DNA of 64,000 nucleotides from assembly GCA_026770705.1 (NCBI GenBank), contig JANJGN010000026.1, positions 34,472,001 to 34,536,000 of the forward strand. The letters are read 5' to 3'. The notes below the pieces were generated by a model, which saw only the letters and a list, made by a program, of their open reading frames with translations, made no database searches and was not told the origin of the DNA. This document shows, piece after piece, positions 26,071 to 39,300 of this stretch. Numbering within the stretch: position 1 is the stretch's first letter; every line of letters starts with the position of its first letter. This DNA is from Isurus oxyrinchus (lineage: Eukaryota). The position numbers and the translations under genes were made by a program.

Positions 26071-27401
26071 AAACAATGGTTTCAAATTAGCCCTTATGCT
26101 GTTAATTCTAAGACACCTGTATTTTTATGATAGGTAATATATAATGCATATGTGCACATGCAGGTAGGTGAGTGCAAAGTTTTATAGAGGTGATCAGTCT
26201 GATGATTCATTGGCAGATTGGCATTGGCCTCTCGGTGTTTCTACCACCTCCTCTCCCTGAACAGGATGTCAGTTTCGATCAGGTTCTCCCCAGTAAATGC
26301 CCGGACTGTAGTTCCCGACAAACTGCCGATATCCTGTTGTGCGGAAAATATCTCTGAACAGACTGGAGACCAAATCCGGGAAACCCCAGGATGTGGTGAC
26401 CGCTCATCTATACAATCCAGGAAGAAGGACAGGTTGAAATAAAGAAAAACAACTAAATCATACATTACTGGTCTACGTGGAAATAAGCAGACAATAAATT
26501 TAACCCCTGGATTGAAACATTACTCGACAAGACAAAGAAAGTCTTTTCCTGATGTCGTGCTTTTCCTGACTCAGGGCGTTCGGAAGCCTTTCCAACTTCA
26601 GCAAGTACGTTTCCAGTGAAGTCACTGTTGTGATGTTAGAAGAATTATTTCCACAGTGGGCAGCGGAGATGTTTACTTCTCTGTTAGAATGGGTTGTCAC
26701 TCTGACCCTGGATTAAAGGAATTTGTGGTTCCAGGTATTTTCCGGATACTTTGAACTTGTGGCAAATGGCAACCAGAAGATTTGGTAACAACATGTCTTT
26801 CTCTCACTGTGTTTTTGCCTCATTGAGGAATATTGATCAAAAAATTATGCTGCCCTCCTTATACGGGCTACCTCGTGATAACGGACCACGAAATACAATG
26901 GCTTAGCGAGTTCACTCTCTTGATCTCCTGTGTCATTCTCCTCCACATATCATGTAGTAAGATGGCATTGGCAACCAAAAACTTGCGTTGAATTTGTCCA
27001 TGATTATGCGTGGTAAAGTACTGTGGTGGTTTAATGTTGCCTTCTGCAGTATGGGTAATCTGGAAACTCTCCTGTTCTTACTGCCTGCCATGAGGCGTAT
27101 TGAAAGGATTTACAAGCTGATAATTAACCTGCTTGTCCGCGTTATGAACGCACACTCGGTGGCGAACAAGTCTTGAAATGGGAATTGAACCGGGCACTTC
27201 TGACCAAGAGGACAGGGACACTGCCTTTGCTCCGGCGCACCTCGTTCTGTGCTATGACAGCAGTAATCCACATAAAGGCTCTTGCCCTAAACGCGCAATC
27301 GTTTGCGGTGAACTGTCACGACGCCAAGCTATTTCCGCAGCTGTCACCTGTGACAGTGGAGAACTGACAGCTTTGTGAGTTTTGCCAAAGATAACGTCTT
27401 T

Positions 27402-27419
27402 CAGCGCCATCTAGTGGAG
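27402..27419 (-). promoter_or_regulatory. CTCF motif
   Basis: CTCCACTAGATGGCGCTG. Confidence 0.7.
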
Positions 27420-27988
27420 TCCTGTCTGTGTAACAGCGATTCTCAATCTATTCTCCAATATTGCTGCATGACATTGCTGGATAATTATTGTCAGATTATT
27501 AAGGTTCCTTCGATTTCATTATTGCCATCACTGCTGTATTTTTCATTGTTTTGCTTTTCCTACCTTTACTAGTGAAAACTAATTCCGAGGTTATTTGTCT
27601 TAGTTTTCTGACAAGCCTCCGTCATTAAGATGGTAAGCGCTAATTTGCACAGATAGATGAAATTCACTTTCATAAATTCATAAATCCAAAACTGATAAAG
27701 TTGGATTGTTCCTTTGTAATAACGGAAGGGTTGATACGGCTCTAATAATCAAATAAGGATATTGAATGATGTATATATTTCAATTGAACATTAATCTTTA
27801 TGTTCTATAATTATAAATATTAAAGTGCTGTGTTATTATGTTAAATTTCACGGATAAAGCGATTTACACTTCCCTTTACCGATTTTAGCTGTGTTGCTTT
27901 CATCCTGGAGCCCATGGGCGTGTTGTCTTCTCAGTCCCCATGTCGATTCAGTTACAGAACAGACTCCACGCATTTTTGCTTTACCGTG

Positions 27989-28262
27989 TTTCACTGCACT
28001 GTTATACACGGCAGCTTCAGCCAGCCGAAACAGTGAGAGTGGAGGATCCTTTCTCACCGTTCACAGATGCTGCAAACCTTACCCGAACACTGTCATTTCT
28101 GAGAGTGGAGACGAGATACTCGTGAGCTTGATTGGAGAATTGCCTGTACCAGAAAACAAAGTCATTTGCAGCGAAATTGGCAACGTGGTGAAGCGAAATG
28201 GTTTGAGCTGCAGTCCTTGGGTAAAATAATACCTGCAATGCCTCCGAGTGACAAGAAATGGC
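27989..28262 (-). pseudogene. V pseudogene, family G
   Basis: FVFWYRQFSNQAHEYLV..RFAASVNGEKGSSTLTVS; deletion and stops; RSS CACGGTA-23 with degenerate nonamer. Confidence 0.8.
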
Positions 28263-28703
28263 TGCCAAAGCAAACAAAAAAAATTTACATGGCTGTTTAT
28301 AAAAGGAGAATCAAATAAAATGCTTGTGGATATAGGAATAATAAACTTATCGATCTCTATCTATCTCTTTATCTATCTATCTCTCTCCGTGCTTATTTTT
28401 CTTTCTTTCGCATATGGATCTTTCTAGGTACATGAGAATCAGAACTCTTTTTCTGCCCATCCCTTTATTTGATGTGTTGTAGAACCAAACAGAGAACATT
28501 TTATTTAAAATATTTCGATATTCTATGTCTGCAGTAACAGCGAGAGGATGTTGCAACTTCATCCAGACCGAAGCTTCAAAAAGGAAAGAGTACAATTTCT
28601 GAATATCAGCGGAGTTTCAAAAGTTCCTGGTTTGAGGAAAGGGGGTGAAACACGACAACAAACAAGGTATTGTACAGCCGGATCCGCTCTATGTCTCATT
28701 GTG

Positions 28704-28982
28704 TCCCCATCGCATAATAATGCAATCCGGTGTCCTGGGCCGCGGTGCCATCTATAGAAATGGTATTGGAATTCTTTGCTCGGTCAACGGACAGTGTGTA
28801 GCGTCCTCTGTTCATATTCCTCTGGTATATGGATCCGATAAAGGCAGGAGCCCCTGTTAGTGCTTGGCTTAACCAGGCTACGGGTACGGCTTGTACGGAA
28901 AGCCGACAGTCCAGTTCAACCCGTTCCCGGTCCCGAGACATCATCTGCTCGGGGTGGGAGCTCTGATCCTCACACTGAGCGG
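28704..28982 (-). pseudogene. V exon, family F, open but lacking C104; leader displaced by a SINE
   Basis: EDQSSHPE..ELDC..AWLSQ..DTGLHYYAMG; RSS CACAATG-23-ACAATACCT. Confidence 0.8.
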
Positions 28983-29079
28983 CTGCGAAAAAAAGAAAAA
29001 TCATTCACAGACTGCACGGTATTAAGAGTTTGGTGAAACAAGGCGTCTGATCAGATACCTAAACTCACGCTGGTTCCGA

Positions 29080-29290
29080 TTTCCTTCTCAAAAAGGGCAT
29101 TAGCGTTTGCTTAGACAGCAATCGACAATGGCTTCATGATCATCATTAGACTTTCAATGGCAGATTTTTTATTAAATTAAAATTCTACCATCTGCTATGG
29201 TGGGATTGTGAACCCAGGTTTCGAGCGAACTACTCTCGATCGCTGGAGTACTAGTCCAGGGGAAGTGCCACTACGTCATCGCCACCCCTC
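29080..29290 (-). mobile_element. SINE 5' part (same family as 795)
   Basis: Homology to 795-980. Confidence 0.65.
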
Positions 29291-30035
29291 ACACATTGCC
29301 TTTTGATGCTGTTTCGGTGCCAGTATGTAATATTGACCAACGCCTCCCCATCTCTCCCGACCGTTCCCGGCAGCCTTTGACCGCGGCCTGTTCACAGGGT
29401 TTATTTTGATCAGAGTGTGTTGCTGGGTCAGAGAATGTTTATGCACAATGAGCAACTTTCACAAGGTAGTGACTGTGATCTTTAACACAAACCCAAAGTA
29501 CAGAGTTCCCCCACTGACCATTGAGCTTCAGAATGTTTCTTTATTGCTGGAATGTCTTCTGTTCCCATTAACAATCCCGAGATTGCAGGTTATAATTACT
29601 AGGCCAGGATTTCATCCCCCTCACCCCCGTCTCTAAAAGTGCAGTCATTCCTCTATCAGGACACTGACTGGACGGCAGCTCCGGGTGTTTGTATTCAATG
29701 TCAGACAGCTCACCGCCGACGGATCTCACAGGCTAATGGAGGCACAAGGAAGTGAGGTGAGAACATCCTGAGACATGGCAGCAAATTATTGAGAGTGGGG
29801 ATTAGAACGGGTGTGTTCATGCCTGTTTCTGTGATGGATCTGTTGGTTCGGTCGGATTCTACAGTTTAAAGCAAACTGGAAACCGTTTCGTGACAGTTTC
29901 ATTCGAGGTTCATTTGGTTTCCTAGCTGGTTGTGTTTGAGCGACTGACAGTCGTATCTGCATCTGCGTAGATGCCATATAACCTGCAACTGGCAGCAGCT
30001 GGAATCTATAGTTGAAATAAATTTTTGTAGAGTGA

Positions 30036-30489
30036 GTGAGAGAGCGCAGTAATACACGGCAGCGTCAGACAGCTGCAGAACCGATGGTTAAACTGGTGAA
30101 TTTATTCGAGTTCTGGAGCTTTACAAAGAATAGGCTTTAAAGAAAATCTGATTTATCTTCACCACCACCCTAGTATTTCGCCAATATTAACTCAGGCTGT
30201 GAGTCTGGGTGTCGCCGGTACCAGAACAAATAGTAGATGCTCATTGTGGTATCATAGTTACAGCTTAAAGTTACCGCTTCTCCTTCTGTCTTAACATCTG
30301 AGCGACAGCGGCTAATTGACAGAATCTCCATGACTCAGATCTGAAAAGCATGTGGAAACAGAAAAAAGTCAGACTGACGGCTGTTTAAAATTAACGTTTC
30401 AACCATGTTGTTAAAATCAGAGAAAATATGAAACGTGTCTAGTCTGTCAGAAATGCTCCCCACATAACCCAGATGCTGAGTTGCCGCAT
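30036..30489 (-). pseudogene. V pseudogene, family C
   Basis: Leader MRQLSIWVMWGAFLT with a dead donor; early stops; DAAVYYCALS; RSS spacer collapsed. Confidence 0.85.
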
Positions 30490-31249
30490 TGTCGCTGTCC
30501 GCTCTGTAAAAGGAGAGTTGGATATTTGAAGATATCTGTTCTAAATGCCACCTTCAAAAATCTGCTGTCGTGATTCAGGATGTTCTCACCTCACTTTTGT
30601 ATGTCCCCAGTGGTGTTGTGAGACCGGTAGATGATGAGTTTACGGTCAGTGAACGGAAACATCCCGGGCCGAGAGACAGTCAGTGTTCTTACAGGGTGAA
30701 ATGGTTTCGCAGTTAGTCACGTCGGACAGGAGACTGAAACCTTTGGTTAGTTGTTGTGATCGGAAACATGGGATTGCAAATTGGGTTCTTTATTCTGGCG
30801 TCAATTCTTCAGTTCGAGTTCCAGTAGCCTTACCATCAGGGCACAGGTAACTGTGATTCCGCTGAGATTTCCATCCTCAATCAGTGAAGTAGTGAACTAA
30901 CAATGATTCCGCATTTTTCCAGAGTGGTTTTTGCGTCCGCCATATTAAAGGGGTGTTACCTGCTTTTGCTAAACATGAAACGAGGTAAACATAAATAATA
31001 AACTCGTGCTGCAATTTAATCAGCGTTACCATAACTGTCCTTTTCTATGGCCTACATTTAAAGTTCTGTTTAAATTAGCTTTGCTCAATTGTGACATTCT
31101 TTATGTTCGTGATGATTAATCTAAACATCCATAATAGACAGTTTGGATTTGCGATGAAAGAGAATTTGGAGTGCGGCACACCATTTTTCTTTTAGCAATT
31201 TGCCTCTCATGGGTTTGAAGTGGCAGGGAACAGAGCGCGGGTTGAATGT

Positions 31250-31500
31250 AAAATACTGCGGATGCTGGAAATCTGAAATAAAACAGAAAATGCTGGCAAA
31301 TCTCAGCATCTGGGTGGTGGGGGGGGGGGGGGGGGGGGGTGGTGGGGGGGGGGGGGGAACAATTTAACATTTCGAGTCCGTATGACTCTTTATCAGGGCT
31401 ATGTTTCCCTCTCCACAGAAGCTGCCAGACCTGCTGAGTTTTTCCAGGTATTTTTGTTTTTGTTTTGCATTTCCAGCATCCGCAGTTTTTTGCTTTTCTC
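31250..31500. mobile_element. Minimal Penelope-like inverted terminal fragment
   Basis: ctgcggatgctggaaat...atttccagcatccgcag inverted ends. Confidence 0.7.
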
Positions 31501-31980
31501 TGAGACATGTTCAGGCGCCTCTGATCAGGTTGTAAGAGGTTAAGCGTTTAATCACCGACAGTTCTTATTTCTAGGATGTGCAGTTTGAGCTGTCCTGGCT
31601 TAATATTCAGAACAGAAGCAAAGGTTTTATATCATTCAACTACAGACTATAACAAGGAAGGTGAAAGGATTATGGATGAAAAATTGAGGCAGGCAACGAG
31701 ACGGAATGAACAGGGAAAATATATCGAAAGGCAGGAAGTCAGTTAACCTTCCACAGGTGCATCTGTAAAGTTTATTTTCATTATAAATGTGAGCTGTTGA
31801 TACAATTTTACAAGTGGACCTCACCTGTTCTTGTTGGGTGTTGTGTTTCATTGCAGTTTATATAAACCCTGTTAATCTTACGGTGACGGCTGAATTATTC
31901 TTCTGTTTTAATACTACCTCTAACTGGAACACTCGGCTTGAGTTTTTGTACAGTATCCGCTATATCACTGCAGCATTGTG

Positions 31981-32445
31981 GCTTCATGGTACAGAAATAC
32001 ACGGCGGTGTCGGAGAACAGGACTTTGATAATCATTAACTCAGTAATTTCGGCAGCTTTCCTAAACGTCGAAGAGAATCTCTCTGTAAAGTCTGGGTTCG
32101 CTTTGCTATCGCTCCATAGGGATAAAACACAAACTGTGGAGGCTGCCCGGGCTGCTGACTGTACCAGAAGAGATAAGGGCTGGGGCCGCTGGTTTTCAAC
32201 GTGCACTTTATGGTGACATTTCCTTCCTGTTCAACCGTCATTTCAGGTACTGACTGCTCCACTGAATCTTTATGACTCCATTCTGACACAGATGATGACA
32301 ATATTTATCGTACATTATCATAACAAGCGCTTTGCTATTAACGATGTTTGAGATACGGCAGCCAGGGGCAGAATGGATTTTTACTGGGAAGCATATACTT
32401 ACTGAGAGGCGATATAATGAGTGGCGTGAGATAGTTCCACGAGAT
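31981..32445 (-). pseudogene. V pseudogene, family B' (frameshift near CDR2)
   Basis: KDSVEQ..IKC..FWYSQQPG, then shifted DTAVYFCTMKP; no clear ATG; RSS CACAATG-24-ACAAAAACT (31941-31980). Confidence 0.85.
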
Positions 32446-32809
32446 GTTCTCTGGGCCTGTAACTTTGCAGTCTGTGAAATCCTATGTCAGGGTAGAAAAA
32501 GAGATCGCTCTCCCACTGTCCATCCAACCAATGTCAAACTGGAAAAAGCGGCAACAATGTCTACTTTAAACAGGGCAGGCAAGGCAAGTCAGAGCGAGAA
32601 CAGCAAAAGGAAGCTGCGGGCGGGGCTACTGCAGGCAGCTTTGTCACACATAAGATTTATCTACTGAATCACACCTCCGAAAATTATATAACTTTCACTC
32701 TCTGTAAGAACGGTAGTTTCATCCTTATTCCATATTGCCGACCAGCAGGCTTGCAAAAGCAGTGTCCGAGTTAGCAAATTATTCAATAGTAAGCAAAAGC
32801 TTCACCAAT

Positions 32810-35425
32810 GACAAAAAGTACCTGGAAACACTTAGTGGGTCTGGTAGCATCTGCGGAGAGCAACACAGTTAACGTTTCAAGTCCGTATGACTCTTCAACA
32901 GATCTAAGTAAAAATAGAAAAGAGGTGAAATATAAGCTGGTTTAAGGTGGGGCGGGGGGTGGGGGTTGGAGTGCAGGAGGTGTGGTGGGGGGGGGGGGGG
33001 GAACAGGTTGAGCTGGATAAGGGCCAGTGATAGGTGGAGACAGGCAAAAGATGTCATGGACAAAAGGACAAAGAGGGGTTGAAGGCGGTGATATTATCTA
33101 AGGAATGTTCATATTAAGAGTAGTAAGCAGGACAAGCAAGCACAGATAGCCCTAGTGGGGGTGGAGTGGGGTGAAGGGAAGAGATCGAAATAGGCTAAAA
33201 GGTAGAGATAAAACAATGGATGGAAATTCATTTAAAAATAATGAAAATAGGTGGGAAAAGAAAAATCTACATAGATTATTGGAAAAAAGGGGCTATCGGA
33301 AAGGGGGTGGGAATGGAGGACAGAGTTCATGATCTAAAATTGTTCAACTCAATATTCAGTCTGGAAGGCTGTGAAGTGCCTATTTGGAAGATGACGTGCT
33401 GTTCCTCCAGTTTGCGTTGGGAAGGGACTGACAAAGGGAGAGAGAATCCAATCCCTTCCCACCTACATCCATGATTCCTCTGACACTCTCCATCATATCA
33501 ACAATTTCCAGTTCTCTGGCCCCAACTGCCTCCTCTTCACTATGGACGTCCAATCCCTCTACACCTCCATCCTCCACTGGTATGGCCTGATGGCTCTCCA
33601 CTTCTTCCTCGGACAGAGGCCCGAACAATCGCCATCCACCACTACTCTCCTCTCTCTGGCTGAACTTGTTCTCTCACTGAACAATTTCTACTCAAACTCC
33701 TCTCACTTCCTCCACATAAAAGGTGTGACTGTGGGTACCCACATGGGCCCCAGTTATGCCTGTCTCATTATGGGGTATGTGGAACATTGTTTGTGCCAGT
33801 CCTATTCTGGCCCCCTCCTACAGCTTTTTCTCCAGTACATCGATGATTGCTTCAGTGCTGCTTTATGCTGTCTTCTGGACCTGGAAAAATGTATTAATTT
33901 TGCTTCCAATTTCCGCCCCTCCATCATTTTCACATGGTCCATCTCTGACACTTCCCTTCCCTTCCTTGACTTCTCTGTCTCAATCTCTGGTGATAGACTG
34001 TCCACCAATATTCATTACAAGCCTACCGAATCCCACAGCCACCTCGAATACAGCTCCTCACACCCCGCTTCCTGTAAGGACTCAATGCCATTCTCTCAGT
34101 TCCTTTGCCTCCATCACATCTGTTCTGATGATGCCTCTTTCAAAAACAGTTCCTCTGACATGTCTTCCTTCTTCCTTAACCGAGGTTTTCCACCCACGGA
34201 GGTTAACAGGGCCCTCAATCACGTCCGGCCCATCTCCCACACATCTGCCCTCACATCTTCTTCTCCATCCCAGAACAATGATAGGGCCTCCCTTGCCCTC
34301 ACTTGTCACCACACCAGCCTCCGCATTCAAAGGATCATACTCTGCCATTTCCGCCAACTCCAGCATGATGCCACCACCAAACACATCTTCCCTTCACCCC
34401 CTCCCCCTGGCGGCATTCCGCAGGGATCGTTCCCTCTGAGACACCCTGGTCCACTCCTCCATCACCCCCTACACCTCAATCCCTTCCCACAGCACCTTCC
34501 CATGCAACCGCTGAAGGTGCTACACCTGCCCATTTACCTCCCTTCTCCTCACCGTCCAAGGGCCCAAACACTCCTTTCAAGTGAAGTAGCATTTCACTTG
34601 CACTTCCCTCAATTTAGCCTACTGCATTCGTTGCTCCCAATGCGGTTTCCTCTACATTGGAGAGACCAAACGCAAACTGGGTGACAGCTTTGTGAATACC
34701 TTCGGTCTGTCCGCAAGCATGACCCAGACATCCCTGTCGCTTGCCATTTCAACACTCCACCCTGCTCTCATGCCCACATGTCCGTCCTTGAACTGCTGCA
34801 TTGTTCCAGTGAAGCTCAACACAAACTGGAGGAACAGCACCTCATCTTCCAACTAGGCACTTTACAGCCTTCCGGACTGAATATTGAGTACAACAATTTT
34901 AGATCATGAACTCTCTGATCCATCCCCATCCCCTTTCTGATCCCCCCTTTTTTTCCAATAATTTATGTAGATTTTTTTCCCACCTATTTTCGTTATTTTT
35001 AAATGTATTTCCATCTATTGTTTTATCTCTACCTGTTTTCGATCTCTTCCCTTCACCCCACTCCAGCCCAACTAGGGCTATCTGTACCTTGCTTGTCCTG
35101 CTTACTACCCTTAATTTGGACATCCTTAGATAACATCACCACCTTCAACACCTCTTTGTCCTTTTGTCTGTGACATCTTTTGGCTATCCCCACCTTTCAC
35201 TGGCCCTCTATCCAGCTCTAACTGTCCCACCACCAACCCCCCCACCCCCTTAAACCAGCTTATATTTCACTTCTTTTCTATTTTTAATTAGTTCTGTTGA
35301 AAAGTCATACGGACTCGAAACGTTAACTGTGTGCCTCCCCACAGATGCTGCCAGACCTGCTGAGTTTTTCCAGGTATTTTTATTTTTGTTTTGGATTTCC
35401 AGCATCTGCAGTTTTTTGCTTTTAT
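32810..35425 (+). mobile_element. Penelope-like retroelement (RT + GIY-YIG) with inverted terminal duplication
   Basis: MDVQSLYT, GTHMGPSYA, QYIDD; LAYCIRCSQCGFLYIGETKR; 32810-33420 is the reverse complement of about 34810-35420. Confidence 0.9.
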
Positions 35426-35878
35426 CTTCATTAGTGATGCAGACTGAAATCAGGACCGAATACATGAGCAACAGGATTTGGAGTGGATCTGTATGAACGA
35501 ACCAGGTAGTAGGAAAAGCTTTAAGTTGACATTAAAGGCGAGAAAAAGGAAATGTGCACAATTTTCAGAAAGACTGAAGACACGAGGGATAAGGAATAAC
35601 TGGGAAGGGAAACATGTCGAAAAGTAAAAAAGAAGAAATAAGGCATCACCAATCAATTTCTCAATCTCATATCTATTAAAAATACAAGGTGCAATTACAA
35701 ACCAATATGATTGTGCAAGTGGACCTCACTTGCTGCTGTTATTGAGTGCTGTGTTTTGGTGCAATTTTAAGAATCTCCCTGTCACTCTCACTGTGGAAAC
35801 TGAATTACCAGTGAGCACAGGATGAAACTGCCAGTGAGGGTTTTTGTACGTGTTCCGCTGTAGGTCTGTAGCAGTGTG

Positions 35879-36368
35879 GGCTGCATGGCACAGAAATACA
35901 CGGCGCCGTCAGGGATCATTGTGTTATTGATCGTTAGTTCTGTAATCCTGTTATTTTTATTAAACATCGAAGAAAATCGATCCGTGAGGTCGGTGTTCCT
36001 GTGCACATTCTCTCCAATAAGACGAAACATGTACATTGGAGGTTTCCCGGGGCGCTGACTATACCAGTACACATAAGGGTTAGGATTGCTTGTTTTCAAG
36101 ATGCAGGTTAGTGTGACATTTCTCTCCTCTACAACAGTTATTTCAGCAACCAGCTGTTCCACTGTATCTTGGTGGCTCCATTCTAATATAAACAATAGCA
36201 ATAACAACAAACAGTATCAAATTGACTAACATAAACATCATCACTGTTATTTTACTAACAATAACATCTGGGTCACAGCAGTCAGGAGGAGAATGGAATT
36301 TTACTGGAAAGGAAATACTTACTGAGAAGTGAGATAATGACGAGGAGCGGAGCGACTCTGTTCCCCAT
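35879..36368 (-). CDS. TRAV/TRDV: TCR alpha/delta V segment, family B, intact (leader 36323-36368, V exon 35879-36182)
   Basis: Leader MGNRVAPLLVIISLL with GTAAGT donor; QDTVEQ..LTC..YWYSQRPG..DGAVYFCAMQP; RSS CACACTG-24-ACAAAAACC (35839-35878). Confidence 0.9.
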
Positions 36369-37547
36369 GTTACTTCCTGAGTCTGTAACTCTGCAGTGCG
36401 AAGAAATCTTCTGTTGGAGCAGAAATGGAGATCCCAGTCCCGCTGCACTGTTGATACCACCAATGACAGGAATGAACCAGCGGCAGTAACCTCTCCAATA
36501 ACACAATCAGGCCAGAACGACAGCAGCAAATGGAAGCTATGGGCGGGGATACCGCAGTTTTAAAACTGAGCAAAGTGTGCGGAGACTCTCAGCTGCACTT
36601 TGAGCGGAAATAGTGACGGTTGAATCTCCAGCAGCCCGTGACAATCTGCACCTGCTCACTGTTCACGTGGCTGAGAAGAAATAGAGTGAAAGGGGCATAA
36701 AGAGACCACGAACATGAAGACATTGGAATCATAGAATATTATAGTAAGCAATGAGGGCACTCAGTCGATGATGCCAGAGCCTCTAGCTTGACTATCCATA
36801 AGATGAATGTAAAAATGAATGTTGCCACAGAGACTCGGGTTCCTACGTGGGATGTTTTGGACTGAGGTCAGAATGGCGTGAACAGCACGAGGCTAGATTC
36901 CCGACCCAGGCGCTGTGGATTTGTGACATTCTCCCTTGTCCTGCCGGTGTTAGAGGTCATAGCGTGGTGAATCAGACCTGCCCTTTGGCAGAGAACCGAA
37001 GAAGATACAAGGTGAACCATCTCAGTTTACCTTGCCTATTAGCATAGAAGTCTCTAATCTCTGGTGTATTGCCTCTGCACTTTCCCCGAAGTCATGACAT
37101 TCTCTCTAATTCACCTCGCTCAGAATTGGACACTGACTTCTAGTCGATCGCTAAACAGTGATTTATGAAGATTTGACATCACATTCTGGTTTAACATCCT
37201 AAGCACAGTGTATAATCAGTTTCAGTTTAGGTTTCTGGGAGACATTGTCTGATATTTGTCCTTTGATATGTAAACCAGTGAACACTGAATCCACTCAATG
37301 GCCCCATTCTTAATGGATTGAACAGAATCCATTTGCAGAGGGCGTTACGATAAAGCATGGGCCTCACTGAGTCACGTGGTGGAAACGCGAAAGCTAATAG
37401 GGAAGATTTCCTGAGTGAGGTCACAATGGGCCTGGCCCCCTGCAGTATGTGGGTGGAACAATGAGCTGAATGGAGCCCACGTTCCCTCTCTGCTTCTCAA
37501 TCCCTGGCTCATTCCATTCACATTCAATGAGAGAGATTCAGTCAGAG

Positions 37548-38051
37548 ATGTTTCTGATAATTCTGGCGGCTGTGTTTTACAGTAAGTACTGGATGATGTT
37601 CATCGAGACCGTTTAGAAGATTGATGCGAAGAGTTGTACTGGGATTTAATGTACTTAGCAGTCATATATGTTATGGACAGCTTGGTAGATGACTATTTTC
37701 ACACACAGCCAAATAAGTTTAGTTCGATTCTGTTTAACATCGTGCTTTTTTGTTCCTCTACATTCACTGGTGGGCTATTTGAAATTCAGTAACTCAATCT
37801 CCGATGACATCAATGGTGTCTGAAGGGGGCACGGTGCAGTTAGATTGCGAATTTACAGCCCAGGATTGTTAAAACTTGCGATGTTATCGGCAGAACCCAG
37901 CACACGCTCCAACTAGATTATTAGCAAAACAGTCAGCTTTAGGGGAAAGGAACTCTCCGTGCAATACCTGGCGACTGCTGACAAGTCTGGTTACCTCAAT
38001 GTAAACGGACTGATTGTGGAGGGCAGGTTCGTCTATTACTAGGCAGTGAAG
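37548..38051 (+). pseudogene. V pseudogene, family D
   Basis: Leader MFLIILAAVFY; SVTQSP..SEGGTVQLDC; stops; RSS CACTGTG-23-ACAAAAGAT. Confidence 0.85.
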
Positions 38052-38169
38052 CACTGTGTCAGAGAAAAGCCAAGACTCGGCACAAAAGATTAAGCAATTG
38101 CTTACAGCTCCGCTAGGTATTATTTGCTGCATTTATCTGCTGAGTTAGTTTGATTCCAGGCTCAGGGAG

Positions 38170-38546
38170 AACAAAGACTATCATTTTTTAATATTGTTGT
38201 CTTTATTTTGTCCCAATGAACAGGGAATCGGTTTGGGAAATCTTCAGACTTATTTCCATGCTCCGAGCTGTATTGCCTAAGTAAATATCTCAGAGCTTCC
38301 CTGGATCATGATGGAGCAACGCGTGTAGAGGAATCTGGAGCTGAACATGATGGAGTGCCCTTTCAAGGACACTAAGCCAGACGGATCCTGGGGCAACAGG
38401 TCTGTGTCACTCATTCCTGTAAAAACAAATGGAATGGGTTAAAAATCTAGGATTGAACATGATGCATGAGATATACAATTCCCCATTTAAACAGATTCAC
38501 CAAGAAGCACGACCACTATTATCAGGGAAGTACATTGCGAACACAT
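38170..38546 (-). pseudogene. V pseudogene, family A, 3'-truncated
   Basis: Leader atgtgttcgcaatgtac; ccaggatcc FR1 and gatttccc FR3 remnants; paralog of 5974. Confidence 0.7.
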
Positions 38547-38784
38547 GGTGCCTGCTTTAGAACTGGACAGACAATAACAGAATATTCAAAATATGTCGAC
38601 CCTTCTTGTCTGATATTCAAGAGCAAACCAAGATAGGGGCAGGATTCACTCATTGAAGATGGAGAGATGTTTTACAGTGAGTTGTAAAAAAAAACGGCAC
38701 TCTGGTAACGACACAGACTACAAACGTTCAGAATCAAATCCCACAGGTGTTTGTATGGTCCCTGTTGATCTTCGCTCCACTTTG

Positions 38785-39300
38785 TTTGTACTGCACAAAA
38801 ATAGGTGGCGGTGTCTTCCAGGCAAGTGTCATGAACATTCTGAGCACTGTGCTTCTCTGCAGCAATGAACCTAGCCATGACCGTGTCCTGATCACCTCTA
38901 CCTCTTGCTAGGTGCTGCATGGTTGGACCTGTGTATCGTCTGTAACATTGGAGGATCAGTCCTGCTACTGTGGTCCAATAGGTCCATGATAAAGTGTTTC
39001 CCTCGGTAACAACCACTGACTTAGGAAATTGCGATACCTCTTCATGGCCAGTTGCGTATGGAAGGAATATGCAGATGTTGAAATATATCATTAATAAATA
39101 ATATTATAAAATGCTATCATAATATAGTACAATAAAACACAACATTGTATAACACAATCAAGGAAAATCTAACCCAACATAACACAATGCACATAGTATC
39201 TGATGTGTAATATATTCCTGTCAGAGATAGTGGCCACACTCACATGTGGGCAGAGTAAGGAATTCAAGAGGATAAACACGAAAGTGAAGCTCAGACTCAT
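38785..39300 (-). pseudogene. V segment, family E, open exon lacking C23/W41, acceptor mutated
   Basis: Leader MSLSFTFVFILLNSLLCPH; EEVSQFPKSVVVTEG..DTATYFCAVQ; RSS CAAAGTG-23-ACAAACACC. Confidence 0.8.
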
